Shown: positions 1 to 12,113 of the stretch, piece after piece
Layout of the letters: each line of letters starts with the position of its first letter
How positions within the stretch are numbered: position 1 is the stretch's first letter
Assembly (NCBI GenBank): GCA_024626585.2
Contig: JANKJI020000002.1
Span: 104,593,869-104,616,927, forward strand
Origin: Ginkgo biloba
Lineage: Eukaryota; Plantae; Ginkgophyta
Reading direction: 5' to 3'
Length of the DNA: 23,059 nucleotides
The notes under the pieces: generated by a model
Databases searched by the model: none
What the model was told of the DNA's origin: nothing
Seen by the model: the letters and a program-made list of their open reading frames with translations, nothing else
Position numbers and translations under genes: made by a program

Positions 1-607
1 ACTTGAGAAATAAGCAATGTTTGATCTTCCAAAGGTGGTAGAGGAGATCTATGATAAATTTTGGTTTCTATTTATGATTTTTGGATACACTTCTCCCTAA
101 TAGAAGAATGTTTGATAATTGTACCAACTTGTGGATCCCCTAAAGCTTTGGACTATTGTTTCTTAGAAACACCATTCTTTTTTGGTGTATTATTTTGTGT
201 AAGTTGAACCCTACATGTGTGTAGTGTTTCATGAGTACTTTTAGTTAGACTTCAAATTTTGTGTCACAAGGAGAAGTTTCAGAAAAAAGGCCTGAAAAAT
301 ACCTATTCTTGGAACTGAAAATTGTGATGGTCTTTGATCCTTTTTTGTAGAAGTATTACTGGAGTTCTATATGGTTGTCTGCTATCTTGAATTTTCGCTT
401 CAGAAACATCTTAGTATTGCATGTATCTCTGTTTTGAGCCTTAACACCAAATATCAATAGACACAAGTTGTAAACGTAGTCAATGTTAGTCAAATAATTA
501 GCTACTGTAAGTTACAGGTTTAGATCTAGCATCAAGACAAGGAACTGTGAAAGANNNNNNNNNNNNNNNNNNNNNNNNNNNNNNNNNNNNNNNNNNNNNN
601 NNNATCT

Positions 608-619
608 AGGGGAGTGTTG
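608..619 (+). mobile_element. Possible polypurine tract plus LTR start of an LTR retrotransposon (Copia-type junction)
   Basis: AGGGGAG (608-614) is directly followed by TGTTG (615-619), the usual PPT-TG junction. Upstream sequence is hidden by the gap at 555-603, so this is a motif-only call. Confidence 0.3.
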
Positions 620-1229
620 TCAGCAACTCCAAATCCAAAACTAAGAAACTAGGAAATACAATAGAGTGATACAAAAGATACATCCAAAGGTGTTGCGATG
701 GTCTTTTTGCCTTCACACTTCTAGTCTAGGTTTATAAAATGTCATCTAAGTAATGTCATTAGCACATCAACTAGGGTTTGTGTGAGGTAGATGTATGGAT
801 TGTCCACAGCTGAGTAGTCTCCCATAGTTTATTGAATGATCTCTTCAATAGCCCAATCATAGATGGATCATGGGTTGATAGGGTTTGTCTGTGTAGGCAG
901 GGGGAGTAGACTGTGCTTTGCATCTCTTGGACCCATGTCTCTCCTATCATCCAAAGCCGGCGCAACCCTTTCTCTTTTGAAGAGGTTGGTGATAAGTGTT
1001 TCTCTCCTGGATTTGAGTCTTAATATCCTACTAGGGTTCCTCTCAATGTATCCAGTGGGGTTTCTCCAATTGTGCTCTATAGGGGAATGGTGACTAATCC
1101 TAGTCTCCAGACAATGCCTAACATCTTGTTGGTTGCATGTTGTGCATGTGGGGCCCTTCTACCTAGCTATTGGGGTCATTGGTGAAAAGAAAAAAGTGAT
1201 CATCTAGACTCTACCAATTTGCTATGTAG

Positions 1230-2222
1230 TGTCCCCTAGGAGGTGGTGTGCATGGAGAAAGAGCTCCCTAAGAAATAGAGTTGCATACCATTTGTCAATT
1301 AGAAATGAATGTGGAGAGGGATCCCCTAATGTCCTTGAAGAGACAATAGTTACCCCCTCTAATCTTGTAGAAGATAGGGCACCTAAAGATAAAGTGTTCC
1401 CTTCTCTACCTCCAGCGATCAAAACCTGTAGATGTGCTGGCTATGGGTACATTGTGTTCAACCTCTATCTGGAGTTGATGGGAGCAAACTTTGAACTAAC
1501 CAATAGGGAATCACATACCATGTGGCATGTGTAGGTACAAGGTACTCTGATGGATTAATGGTGACCTTTGACGTGCGAAGGAAATGCTCAAAGTACAAGG
1601 CCATCTTCAAATTGAAAGGCTTGAGCGAGCATAACCATATGGTCCAAAGGTAAGCGTTGTAAATATCCCCTCGAATATTCTCATTAATCTCCTTTTTGTT
1701 AAATGGTAGATTAGGTGTGCCTAGAGAGAGCTTGAAAGGAAGTAATCTATCAATGGAGATCCCAACCACTAGAGTAAAGTAGAAGCCTCACTATACCACC
1801 CTTGTCTATGTTTGGATGTCTCCTATTTTGCCACCATTTATGATGAGCACAATGCTAAGTGTATTGACCCCTCCTAGTGTGAGCGTCGATCATAGCTTAG
1901 ACTTTGTGTAGGTATGTGGTGATCCAAAATATGGTATCTAAGCAAGTGGTTGTGCGCTAAAATCTACTTGGATAATACTTGAGAGGAATTGTCTATTTGC
2001 ACTATATGATCCTAGAAAGCATGGGTGTTTGGATTCTTTTGATCCATGCCTAGTCAATTGTGGATAGGCTTGACTCCCAAATCTTGTAATCATAAAGTGC
2101 AATCAATTTCACCAAGGCGTCAAACAAATGTCGTTTGTTGGGGATATCCCAAAACTGAAGCTAGAAGCACCATTTCTCAAGGAGTGTGAGGGAAGCAAAC
2201 CCTTTCCAAAGCCACAACTGAG
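1230..2222 (-). mobile_element. Degenerate non-LTR retrotransposon (LINE) ORF2, post-RT region and C-terminal Cys/His domain; RTEX/L2-like
   Basis: Manual minus-strand translation across stops and frameshifts gives: WKGFASLTLLEKWCF*LQFWDIPNKRHLFDALVKLIALYDYKIWESSL (about 2200-2060; resembles the LFDxLVxPxxLYGxEIWG motif after the RT core), IKRIQTPMLSRII*CK*TIP, AYLWTIW..KPFNLKMALYFEHFL (within ORF 1458-1769), PIG*FKVCSHQLQIEVEH (about 1505-1455) and EHFIFRCPIFYKIRG (about 1400-1352). The last two match the SHxLxIE...ExExHFxxxCPxYxxIR C-terminus. The 5' part is lost in the gap at 2223-2322. The 3' UTR may extend to about 770. Confidence 0.8.
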
Positions 2223-2322
2223 NNNNNNNNNNNNNNNNNNNNNNNNNNNNNNNNNNNNNNNNNNNNNNNNNNNNNNNNNNNNNNNNNNNNNNNNNNNNNN
2301 NNNNNNNNNNNNNNNNNNNNNN

Positions 2323-2420
2323 TTGGATTTTATCTCTTAGATGTAGGTTTGTATAATGGTCCCATATGATATCCCCTTAAATTTAATTTGTGCCTCTTCC
2401 TTTAGACACAGAGTAGCTAC
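2323..2420 (-). mobile_element. Possible highly degenerate Ty3/Gypsy gag (Retrotrans_gag-like) fragment
   Basis: The minus frame CLKEEAQIKFKGISYGTIIQTY resembles the gag motif LxGxAxxWFxxLPxGSIxTW. A Pro/Thr/Gln-rich frame lies upstream (2662-2961). Similarity was judged by eye only. Confidence 0.3.
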
Positions 2421-5400
2421 CAATTATACAATGATTAACACCTCTATTTATCTTTGGCCTATGTTGCTTTTGGTTCATGTGGGGTACTTGTTTCATGTTT
2501 TTGTATACTTCTGGTTCACATTGAGCTCCTAGTCTATCTCTTTACACATCGCTGGTTCGTGCTTACAGGTTATTAGTTTACACTCCTTATTTGTTGGGAA
2601 ATACTGAATATACATTGGTCTCTACTCTATAAAAACCGATTCACATTGCATAACAATTATTTTATTGTGGCTGATCCATGCCACATGTTGTTGGTCTATA
2701 GAGTCCTTGTCTAAAGTTGTGGTTGGCAAAAGAAACCTCGGCTAATGGGCTAGTTGGTTGCAAAATGTATGTAGGTGGTACATTTGAGACCATGAATTGG
2801 TTGGCAGTTGAAATTCTTATACCCATGTATGATGTTGGCAATGAGTAGGCATAAAGTGGAAAAGTTACCATGCCTTTGCTTGGTAATAGGAGTAGTTGAC
2901 GCTTTAAGTGTTCAACTAAGCACTTAGGGTTGTTGGGGGTTGAAAGTCCAATATGAACCAATGGCTAGCATTGACTAGTCCATGTGGATTTGGGGGTAGT
3001 GAAAGCATGTCCTATTATAGAATGGTTGTAATCTTGTTCTTAAAGTTGTGTATGGGCCAACTTTAGGGCTTATATGAATCAACATTGTTGGATGCTATCT
3101 TCGAATGGTCAAGGAAGGCTATAATTTTGTTTGAAAGACAGCTGGATGGAGATGGGTGTTGTTATGGAATCCTAAATCTCTTGGTGGGTATTATGTCACG
3201 AGCTCATAGTTGGTGGTTCTCGTGGCCAACAATAGTTGTAAATCGAGTAATCTATCTATTTTATAGCTAGTAGTCTTGCGTCTTGAAGCCTTTGATGTTT
3301 TGCACTTAGACCCCTTAGATAAACACTTAAACCCTAAACCTAGAATAATGATTTCATGGGTGCTTACTGAGTGTACTTTGATGGGCAAATATAGGCACAA
3401 GCCTCTTAAAGTGGTATTAGAATGGGGGAGAAGATTAATTCCAGGCTAAAGCACAAAAGAATTGGTGAAAACCACGAGGAGGCAATAAAGGTCAATGACA
3501 AAATATGAGGAAAGATTGGGCAGCCAACAATTAGAAATTAACACCTTGAAGAGAGAATAAAAAATTGTTATAAGTCAAAGAGACATTGACCTTTGCTAGA
3601 GGGACAAAGCCTAAGACATTAGAACTTGAAGTAGAGCCAAGTCAAGGGCTTGATCAGAGTATTTGGAGTACTAAATAAGAATATGACCATTCAAAATCTT
3701 GTAAGGAAACCAATCATGAAAATTTTGATACCAATAAAGAAAATGAAATTGTTGACTAGGAATAGGTGAAAATGCAATGGAAGTTACATTAGAATACTAA
3801 GCAACTCAAGACTTTCATTGTTAGTTGAACAATGAATGGAGACAAGGAATGGAGAAGAGACATAGTCAATGAGAGTAATGCATATGAACGATGATCATAT
3901 ATTGCAAGATAAAATGTAATACATAAATGATCATTGTAGCATATAGCCCAAGCATGTCTGCAATGGAGATCTCCAAAATGAAAGACGGGTCCTCATATAG
4001 GAGAAAGGTACTGCCTCATAATTGTCACATCCAGTCACAGTCATTGGCAATCACCTAACTGTCAGCTAACTAGGACAAGTCCTAACCATGGCAAGTCCTA
4101 AGTGCAAGCAAGGCCACACTTGGGCAATTCCTGACTAAGACAACTATACAAGCTAGATACATTATTACATCAAAGTCATTACTAACAGTTTAAAACCAAT
4201 ACATTAGTCCACAACATCCATATGTTTAGTCAACCATAGTAGAAAATATGGTTTTGTCTTTCTCATGTTTCTAATTGACATAATCAAATGAGGAACTATG
4301 ATGCTCCCTTTCTCAACATCCTTAACAATTTTTTGCTAGTGTGGATCTAAATGATTGGAATTTACAAGGAGTTCTCCTTGAGAGTTCCTAACCTTTCTCA
4401 ATATTGTTATTGTAGATTACTTCTTGAAGGCCTAGAGGTTTTCTATTTCCCATTATTGGAGGTTTTGTATTTGTTTTGGAAATGTGAAATAAAAGGTAAT
4501 TTGTCTTTGGCTCAACAATGGCTTGTTTGTAGTATGTTGCCTAGCTTGTAGCTGTGATAAAGCCTTTGTTCATTATAGTGAATATTTGTTGCCCTCGTAT
4601 ATCTTTCACTTCAACTAGAGTGTAAAGCTTTTATAAATTTAAGTACATGCCATTGAAATAATTAGGGAGCTTGTGTCTCATCCCTTTTATTTAGTGAGGA
4701 CTTATGTCTCTTTTCGATTTTTTTTGAAGAGGCCCCAATTTTCTCTTGATTTTTTTCTCAGATCTTCATCCTTGCCTGTTTAGAGTTAATATAGATGAAC
4801 TGTTATGATCTTTGTATTCTCTAAGTATCCCTAAACGTATATTTGCCTTTTGCTTATTGATTTGAAATCTATTAGAAGATGTGAGAACAAGCCCCCTTTT
4901 ATGTAAGAGAGTGAAAGATAAAAAGGGTTGCTTGGCTTATCATTGGATTGTTGGAAGGTTGATTGAGGAATTAGGTATTGCAACTTATCCAAGACACTTG
5001 GGAAGAGGCTTTTCTTTTACCGACTGAAGATGTGGGAAGAGTACAATAGTTTTTTCCTATCTGCAAATTGTTTAGTATACATTGCCCGTAAACATCATAA
5101 ATCCGTTGTCTTTTAAGACCCTATTAAATATTTTCTTTTTCTCCCATTCACATTATAAAAAATCTTTGATGATTGAGAGGATAGCAACATCGTAAAAGAC
5201 TAGGATGTATATTTTCCAGAACACAACGACGAGAATATTAGAAGAGGAACATATTAATACACATGTATTTGTAAACCTTGGGTGCTTCTGATCTAGGTGT
5301 AGGTTTGGTAGGTCTAGGATTAATGGCATATAATAGGTACAATATTCTCTATTGTTGTACATGGGAACCTCCCATGTGCTAGTGCACATGGTTGCCATCC

Positions 5401-5499
5401 AAACTTCATTGAGATTGGTCTCATTTTGATATGACCATGGTTGCATGAGGCACATATGGTGAAAGCTCCTCTCAGTATTTTGGGAATTAAATAAATAAT

Positions 5500-6697
5500 T
5501 AATTAGTAAATTGTGAGCAAAATAAGATAGAGAAAATGACTACTATCTTGATCTTTGCCCAAATAGCATTAGTTAGCTTTTCTTAGGATAAGCATGATCA
5601 CATGCAAAAGCATGCATTCACATGTAAGGCCATGCACACACAAAAGCATGCATGAGAAGCTTTTTTCTTTAAATAAAAATAAGCTATCTAAGGGCCACTT
5701 TCGACTAAAAATTAAATAAGTTAAAGTAGGATTGCTACCACTTCTCACTGAACTTTGACAACAAATTCTGTTTAAGTATAAACTGGATTAAGTTTTGTTA
5801 AATCATTCATGTTTTGGTGCTTTCTTTAAGTAGGTGGGCAAGTACTTCAAGAAAATTATTGCACCTTACATTAATTAACTTTGAAGAGAAATATCTAATC
5901 TAATTTATTTGTAGATATGAGAGAGTATAAAGTGGCCCTAAAGCTTATAAAATCCTATAAATACTAAGCAACTTGGGTTGGAAGTTGCCTTTTTGTAGCC
6001 AAGGGTTGAAGTATCCTATCAAGAGAGGTTCCTTACTTGTTCATGTGCTTATGAGAATAAACCTTTCTATTGGATTCTTAGATTAAATTAAGGTATCAAA
6101 ATCCAACAAGTTTCCAACATGTTCATATTCAATTGTACACGTGAAAAGATTCGTTGTTGATGTGTTTTTTTGTTTTATGCATTGTAGTGAAAATAGGGAA
6201 AGGTGTTGTGTAGGTTTGGATAGTTGCCACATATACTAGCAATGCCATTGCATAAATGGGAAAGGTGTCGTACCTCTAGGAACCTTGCCATGCCTTTGTA
6301 TGTTTTCAATATGGGAGTAATTTTTCATAATTTCTTTGTACAAATGAATTCCAATCTAGATTGTTGTGGATCCTACCTATCGTACAAAACATCCATGATT
6401 GTTGCTCGTTTAGTGTCAACTCTGGATCTCTATATTAATCATACTTGAAGTTTTCATAAATCTTTCGTATGCTCATCCCGGGTTGTTCAACAGTCCAACA
6501 CTTTAGTACATACCAATTGGTACCAAAGCTCTTGTTTTGATCCTATATTGCAAATTCCTAAAACAATTAGCATAATCTTATATTTGCATAAAATTGCTAT
6601 AAGCTTTAACTTAAGTATATGGGATTGTGGCTCCTAAGAAAGAAGTACCCCTAATATTTGATAATGTTACTTCTCGATCTAGAGAGAACTATGTTTA
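5500..6697 (+). mobile_element. Ty1/Copia-like LTR retrotransposon 5' end: LTR, PBS and gag start (left boundary approximate, truncated by gap)
   Basis: An LTR-like end ...TACCA (6511-6515) is followed by AT and TGGTACCAAAGC (6518-6529), a 10/12 match to the tRNA-iMet PBS TGGTATCAGAGC. About 100 bp downstream, the frame (V/M)APKKEVPLIFDNVTSRSRENYV (6627-6695) resembles the Copia gag N-terminal PxFDGxNY motif. A TATA-like CTATAAATA lies near 5955. Confidence 0.6.
6518..6529 (+). promoter_or_regulatory. Primer-binding site complementary to the 3' end of initiator tRNA-Met (degenerate)
   Basis: TGGTACCAAAGC versus consensus TGGTATCAGAGC, located 2 nt after a CA dinucleotide. Confidence 0.6.
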
Positions 6698-6909
6698 NNN
6701 NNNNNNNNNNNNNNNNNNNNNNNNNNNNNNNNNNNNNNNNNNNNNNNNNNNNNNNNNNNNNNNNNNNNNNNNNNNNNNNNNNNNNNNNNNNNNNNNNACT
6801 CTGCTGACAAAATCAAGTTTGTTGTGTTTTTTTCAATTGATCCTCTCTTTCAGTCACAAAAAGAAAATGAGAGTTTTTTGTACAAAATAACCCTATGGCG
6901 GGTTAGGTG

Positions 6910-6985
6910 GGGTCAAAACCCTATGAATAAAAAAATAAATAAAAAAAAAACATTTTTTTTTTTGGTTCAAATGTGGGTTTGGCCC
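6910..6985. repeat. Imperfect inverted repeat (foldback) centred on A10-CA-T11
   Basis: GGGTCAAAACCC (6910-6921) pairs imperfectly with GGGTTTGGCCC (6975-6985). TGAA pairs with TTCA internally, and A10 (6941-6950) pairs with T11 (6953-6963). Confidence 0.5.
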
Positions 6986-9338
6986 TAGGGACAACCGCAC
7001 TCCTCGTAGGGATGGGGGATGACACCCGGGTATGGCAAGGTGCAGCCCAATCATATCAAGTATGACCCTCACTTGCACTTGCATCTCGGGTGTGGGTACC
7101 GTGCCTATTGGGGATGTGCACCCGACAACATAGGGTCAGAGTAATGGGTGTTCACCATGGCAAGAGTGTTAACAACGTGATAATCAACAAGTAGAGTGCA
7201 ACATTTAAGGGCTAGGGAGCTAGCCTATGCTCGTAAAACTAAGTGAGGCACTCCAACTTTGTTGATCATCAAGTTGACACATCACTCAAGCATTTGGAGA
7301 ATTCCCCTGGTCATGGGGACTATGGATCTCGATCAATGGCCTATGCGTATCCTCCAAGCTGTGCTTGAGTGTGAGAGCCTAACAAGCTCATGGTGGCTAG
7401 CTCAAAGTTTAAAAAAAAGAAAAAAATCAGCTATGCAATTTTCATCATTCAACATTTGCTATTTAGGATACAAGGATCCAATGGCCTTGTTCACACAATT
7501 ATGTATTGTCCTTGCCTTATGGCAAGTCACCTCTATAGTCTTATGGTTTGGTTTAGGGTTTTTTGTGGCATGTTTACATGGTTTCTAGATTATGGAACTG
7601 TATTAGAATAACTAGCATAATTATGGTAATAATCGGCCTTTAAACATGCATAATACCAACAAACTACCATGCTTTAACAATGATGAAACGGCCATAACTT
7701 CAAGTATAGTCTTCTGGACAAAGCCTAGGGAAGAAACCCTAACAGTGATGCCTTTTACCTTGTTACCATAGTAAATATGCATTTTACAATAGAAGTACAA
7801 TTGGAGGATTAGAAATCTTAAGTAGGACAACCAAAATTGTGCTCAAACAAGTTTCTTAGGCCTCATTTCCTACAATTTTGGGCACTTTGACTTCAATATT
7901 ACTTAGGCTTATCTAATANNNNNNNNNNNNNNNNNCTTGAACTTGCTCCTTTTTCAACAAGGCTGAACCTTTCAAAAGGGAGCCAAAGACCTTGAGAAGT
8001 AGGGGGGATCCCTATAGTCAATAGTGTAGAGTAGAGTGAAATCTCCAATAAACTAATGAACCCTTATGATGATGGAATTCAACATCTTATAACTTAATAT
8101 TGGGTTGATATGATGGAATCAACAAAGAGGCATGTACGTTATGCAACGATAAATGAAGAGAGAATATATCACATTAGTGAANNNNNNNNNNNNNNNNNNN
8201 NNNNNNNNNNNNNNNNNNNNNNNNNNNNNNNNNNNNNNNNNNNNNNNNNNNNNNNNNNNNNNNNNNNNNNNNNNNNNNNNNTTTCTTTGGAATCTATCAT
8301 AATCATAATATTTTTCTAACCTTTTAATCCACTTGTATAGTGCCATTATTCCTTAAAATAAGTACAGTAGAATCTCCATGCTTGACTTCTTGAAACCTTA
8401 CATTCAGGGTTGACTACTTGTGAAACAAATATCAAAAGGGATGGAAAAGGTCCCATATAATTTGGAGTTCTCTCATGTAAGGCACATAATACTAGATTTC
8501 ATACTGTTGGATGATGCATGTTTCCAACAATGTTAATAAAATAGTGGGTTTCTCATTGATGAGGTAAGTAATGGCATATGAATGGTGGTAGTATCCTAAT
8601 GGGGATATCAAGTCAAGGGGGACCTATTTGATTCTTGGAAAGATTGCTTGAGCAATCATTTATAGACATAATTTTGTCTCATTTGAGTCAGATCAAAAAG
8701 TACATGGACCAAAGTTTTGAAGATATCAAGCCTAATGAGCCTTGAGGCTTCATCCTAGAAGTAGCCTTGAATTTCGATTGTAATTTGGAAGATAAATAGG
8801 TACACTAAGGAGGTAAAGGGAACCTTCATGAATGTAGAGGAATTAGATGAAGTTAGTAAAATAAGTGGAATGTACATTTTCATTTATCAAGGACAAGTTC
8901 ACAAATGAGAAAATGTGGATTATGTTTGTGGTGCATAAAGTTGGACTTCAAATCACAATTAGCAACTCTAGAAGCATCTTTATTCTNNNNNNNNNNNNNN
9001 NNNNNNNNNNNNNAATTGAGGAACTTGAAAAAGCATACCCAAGATTGTGGCAAAAGAGATGTCCCAAATGACTATTGGTTTCAAGTTTGAAATATGTTGA
9101 AGATTATTGGGCATATCAATAGATAGAAATATGTACTCTTATACTCTTTCAACATACACATATATATGCACTGCGTTAAGAAAAAATTGTTTTTATGTTG
9201 AAAAGAGCAACATTCGATGAAGTACAAGGATATCCAAAAGACCAGGATGCAGACAAGCTTTAGGCNNNNNNNNNNTGAAATTTCTAAGGTGAAATGTCAA
9301 GAATTGATCTAGAGAACTTATGAAGAAATTTGTCATTA

Positions 9339-9421
9339 CAGTCACTGAATATGGTTATTGATACTTCCATCCAGTCACTCAATATGGTCAATAATGTACC
9401 CACTAAATCACTCAATATGTG
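9339..9421 (+). repeat. Short tandem repeat, 33-bp period, about 2.5 units
   Basis: CAGTCACTGAATATGGT (9339), CAGTCACTCAATATGGT (9372), AAATCACTCAATATGTG (9405). Confidence 0.7.
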
Positions 9422-12113
9422 TAGTATGACTACTAGTCATTTGCATATTATAACTTGATGAAAAAACATGTCAGTTTTCCAACCAATGTGACAATAAGTT
9501 TCATATCATGGTTGCATGTGAGGAGCTGAAGTTGCACAAGCTTTTTTGAAATTCTTATGAAATTGCTAGGTATCTTTCCTTTGTCTTTATGTCTCCATGG
9601 TTAATTAGTCGTGATTAATATATTTCACTTGAAGTTTATATTCAGGTGCTTTGATTTGGTCTCATATGGTTTTGAAATTTTGGAATTGTTCTTTTGTTTG
9701 CTAAAGATTTTCATAGTCATGTGGCTAGGATCATAAATAAATTTTGTGAAAGCTTGTTTCTCTTGAATTCCTTTCAATTGGAAAGAGAGCTCCTATAACT
9801 ATGTATGATTTATCTTATTCTCAAATTTGAAAACTAGACATTAGTCTCAAAACATATAGAAAAAGGTGGTTGAAACTTCCTTTAAGGCTATTATAGAATT
9901 TCTTGTTGAAATACTCATAATGTTTACTCTTAAACTTTGTCAACATTCTAATATTCATTTTGGAGTCTTAACAACCAAATCTACAAGAAATTGAAATGAG
10001 CAATTGCATAATCAACATGTTCTCNNNNNNNNNNNNNNNNNNNNNNNNNNNNNNNNNNNNNNNNNNNNNNNNNNNNNNNNNNNNNNNNNNNNNNNNNNNN
10101 NNNNNNNNNNNNNNNNNNNNNNNNTATAATAATGAAATATGTCATATTAGTCTTTCTCGTGTCATAATAATAGTGATCTTGGTCTCCCAAAGGAATCATA
10201 GACTTAAATTCAACAGTGCATTAAGATCTTATAACTCTAGCACCATAGGGGTATATAGTACTAGGTGTTGTGTCATATTAGACGTAAACAACTCTCTATG
10301 CACATACATACACAAGATACATGCATTATGCAGACATGTAAACTAAATATTTTATGAGTTATATACATGTGACTAACCTTAATAATCCCAACTATTTAAA
10401 ATTCAAGCTACACAAAGGAATTATTTCTAATATGATTCCCTTCCCTAACACAAGCATGCATGTCATAGTTAGAATATCGTATATTTAGTAATCAATGTTA
10501 TAATCACATTAAGATGCAATCAAACCATGGCTCCTCCTTATATGAATTTGCCATTATATAACTTTGAGAAATATTCTTCTAATTCAACCACTAACAAATA
10601 GGGCTTTCAATAGTAAAGAAGTTGGATTAGTCACCATGAACATTTCAATGTCCATAGTATCTAGTTTTAGACTAATCTGAGCTATATATTTGGTTGTTTA
10701 TATATATTTTGTTTACTAAAGTTCAAAGTCTTTTTTTAAGCCATATGTAATAGTGTTTGGATATGATATTGATGATTTAGAGGGGATAATAAAAAAATAC
10801 TATGATTAAGACTTAACCTACTCTTGAATCAACACCCTAGGGGATTGAAGAGCAATCTAGAAAAACGGGAATACTAGTTAGGTTTGGATGACATTTATAA
10901 CTTCAGGATAATAGTTTATTTTATCTAATCCCCTTTTTTTGTTTGAAAGGACTAATGACCCCTTTCCCCTTTACGTGATTAATTAGGACAACATGCAAAA
11001 ATAAAACAGCAAGATACAAACACTTAATGACTAATTTCACACCACCTATACTTGTTTGTCGACTAAAACATCATGGCCAAAGATTTTCATTATCATTGTT
11101 TGGTTCCTTTTAAAGTTTACTTATTCTAACTATTGGGGCTACAAGAAGGCTAGGGCACTATGAGAATGAAATAAATACTAAATAAAGAAAAGAAAACTAA
11201 ATAGAGAATGAATTGAGCTCTACGCCCTATATGCCTTTCTAGTTTTTTGCAATTTTTTTACGTCCTTTTCAACAACTTATGCAATTTTGCAATAACTATG
11301 CTCTCTTTACCTGCATCATTGTGGGTTAGCCAAAATATGGTAAGACGAATGACTAACTCAAAAGTGCATAAATGACTTATCAATAAAATGAAAGCGCTAC
11401 TTAACGAAATGAAAATGCAAGTAATGAATCGAGCTAAATTCGTTGTTTTGGGATGCAACCTTGCTTTCAATTTAACATCATAAACTCATTTTAAACTTGT
11501 TGATTTTGATGACTTGTTTTCAAAGAAGCAATGAAATCATGAATGAAAGGGAAAAAATAACTAATCAAAACAAATTGGAATGATTCAAGTTGGACGATTT
11601 TGATTTGTAAGTGGATGAACCAACCAAAGATAAAGGAGGCAATGCAACAAAACCAAAACTAAGGGTGTTTTTTGACTTCAAAATGCAAGGTTTGCAAGGA
11701 AGAAGAGAAGGGGATTTGAAAATTGTTCCAAGTAGGCAAAGCAAAAAACAAACTAGCCAATGTAAGAATGAAATCTAAGAAAAAAATTGAACTCTGCAAT
11801 TGAGAGTAAGGAAAAGAAAGATACCATGAAGGAATGAACCATTTGTATACAAGAAGAAATCAAGATGAAGGAGAGTGCATCCAAGCAAAGCTAAGAATGA
11901 AGGCAACGAATAGATAAAGAGGAGGAACAAGTCAACTTCAAACAATGTGCAAAAGTAAGGAAGGAAACAACATGATGCTCAACTAATACCTTTTGCAAAT
12001 GATCTTAGTTTGACTTTCAATGATAATAAAGAAATGAGAGGAGTGAGGAAGATCCACTGAANNNNNNNNNNNNNNNNNNNNNNNNNNNNNNNNNNNNNNN
12101 NNNNNNNNNNNNN

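Noticed and set aside
340-425. Possible small exon after TTTTTTGTAG (KYYWSSIWLSAILNFRFRNILVLH)
   Set aside because: Weak donor site, no recognisable protein similarity and no partner exons.
3400-3900. Purine-rich coiled-coil-like degenerate frame
   Set aside because: Many stops and no diagnostic motif. Probably TE-internal but unassignable.
4023-4320. TGTCACATCC LTR-like terminus with short CAAGTCCTAA repeats (4076, 4092)
   Set aside because: No matching second terminus, PBS, PPT or TSD could be established.
8600-9110. Possible decayed transposase or other coding region
   Set aside because: Purine-rich and coding-like, but with multiple stops and no motif I can assign.
9339-9421. CRISPR-like repeat-spacer pattern
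   Set aside because: Only three degenerate 17-bp cores with 16-bp linkers, no cas genes, and a plant-like TE context.
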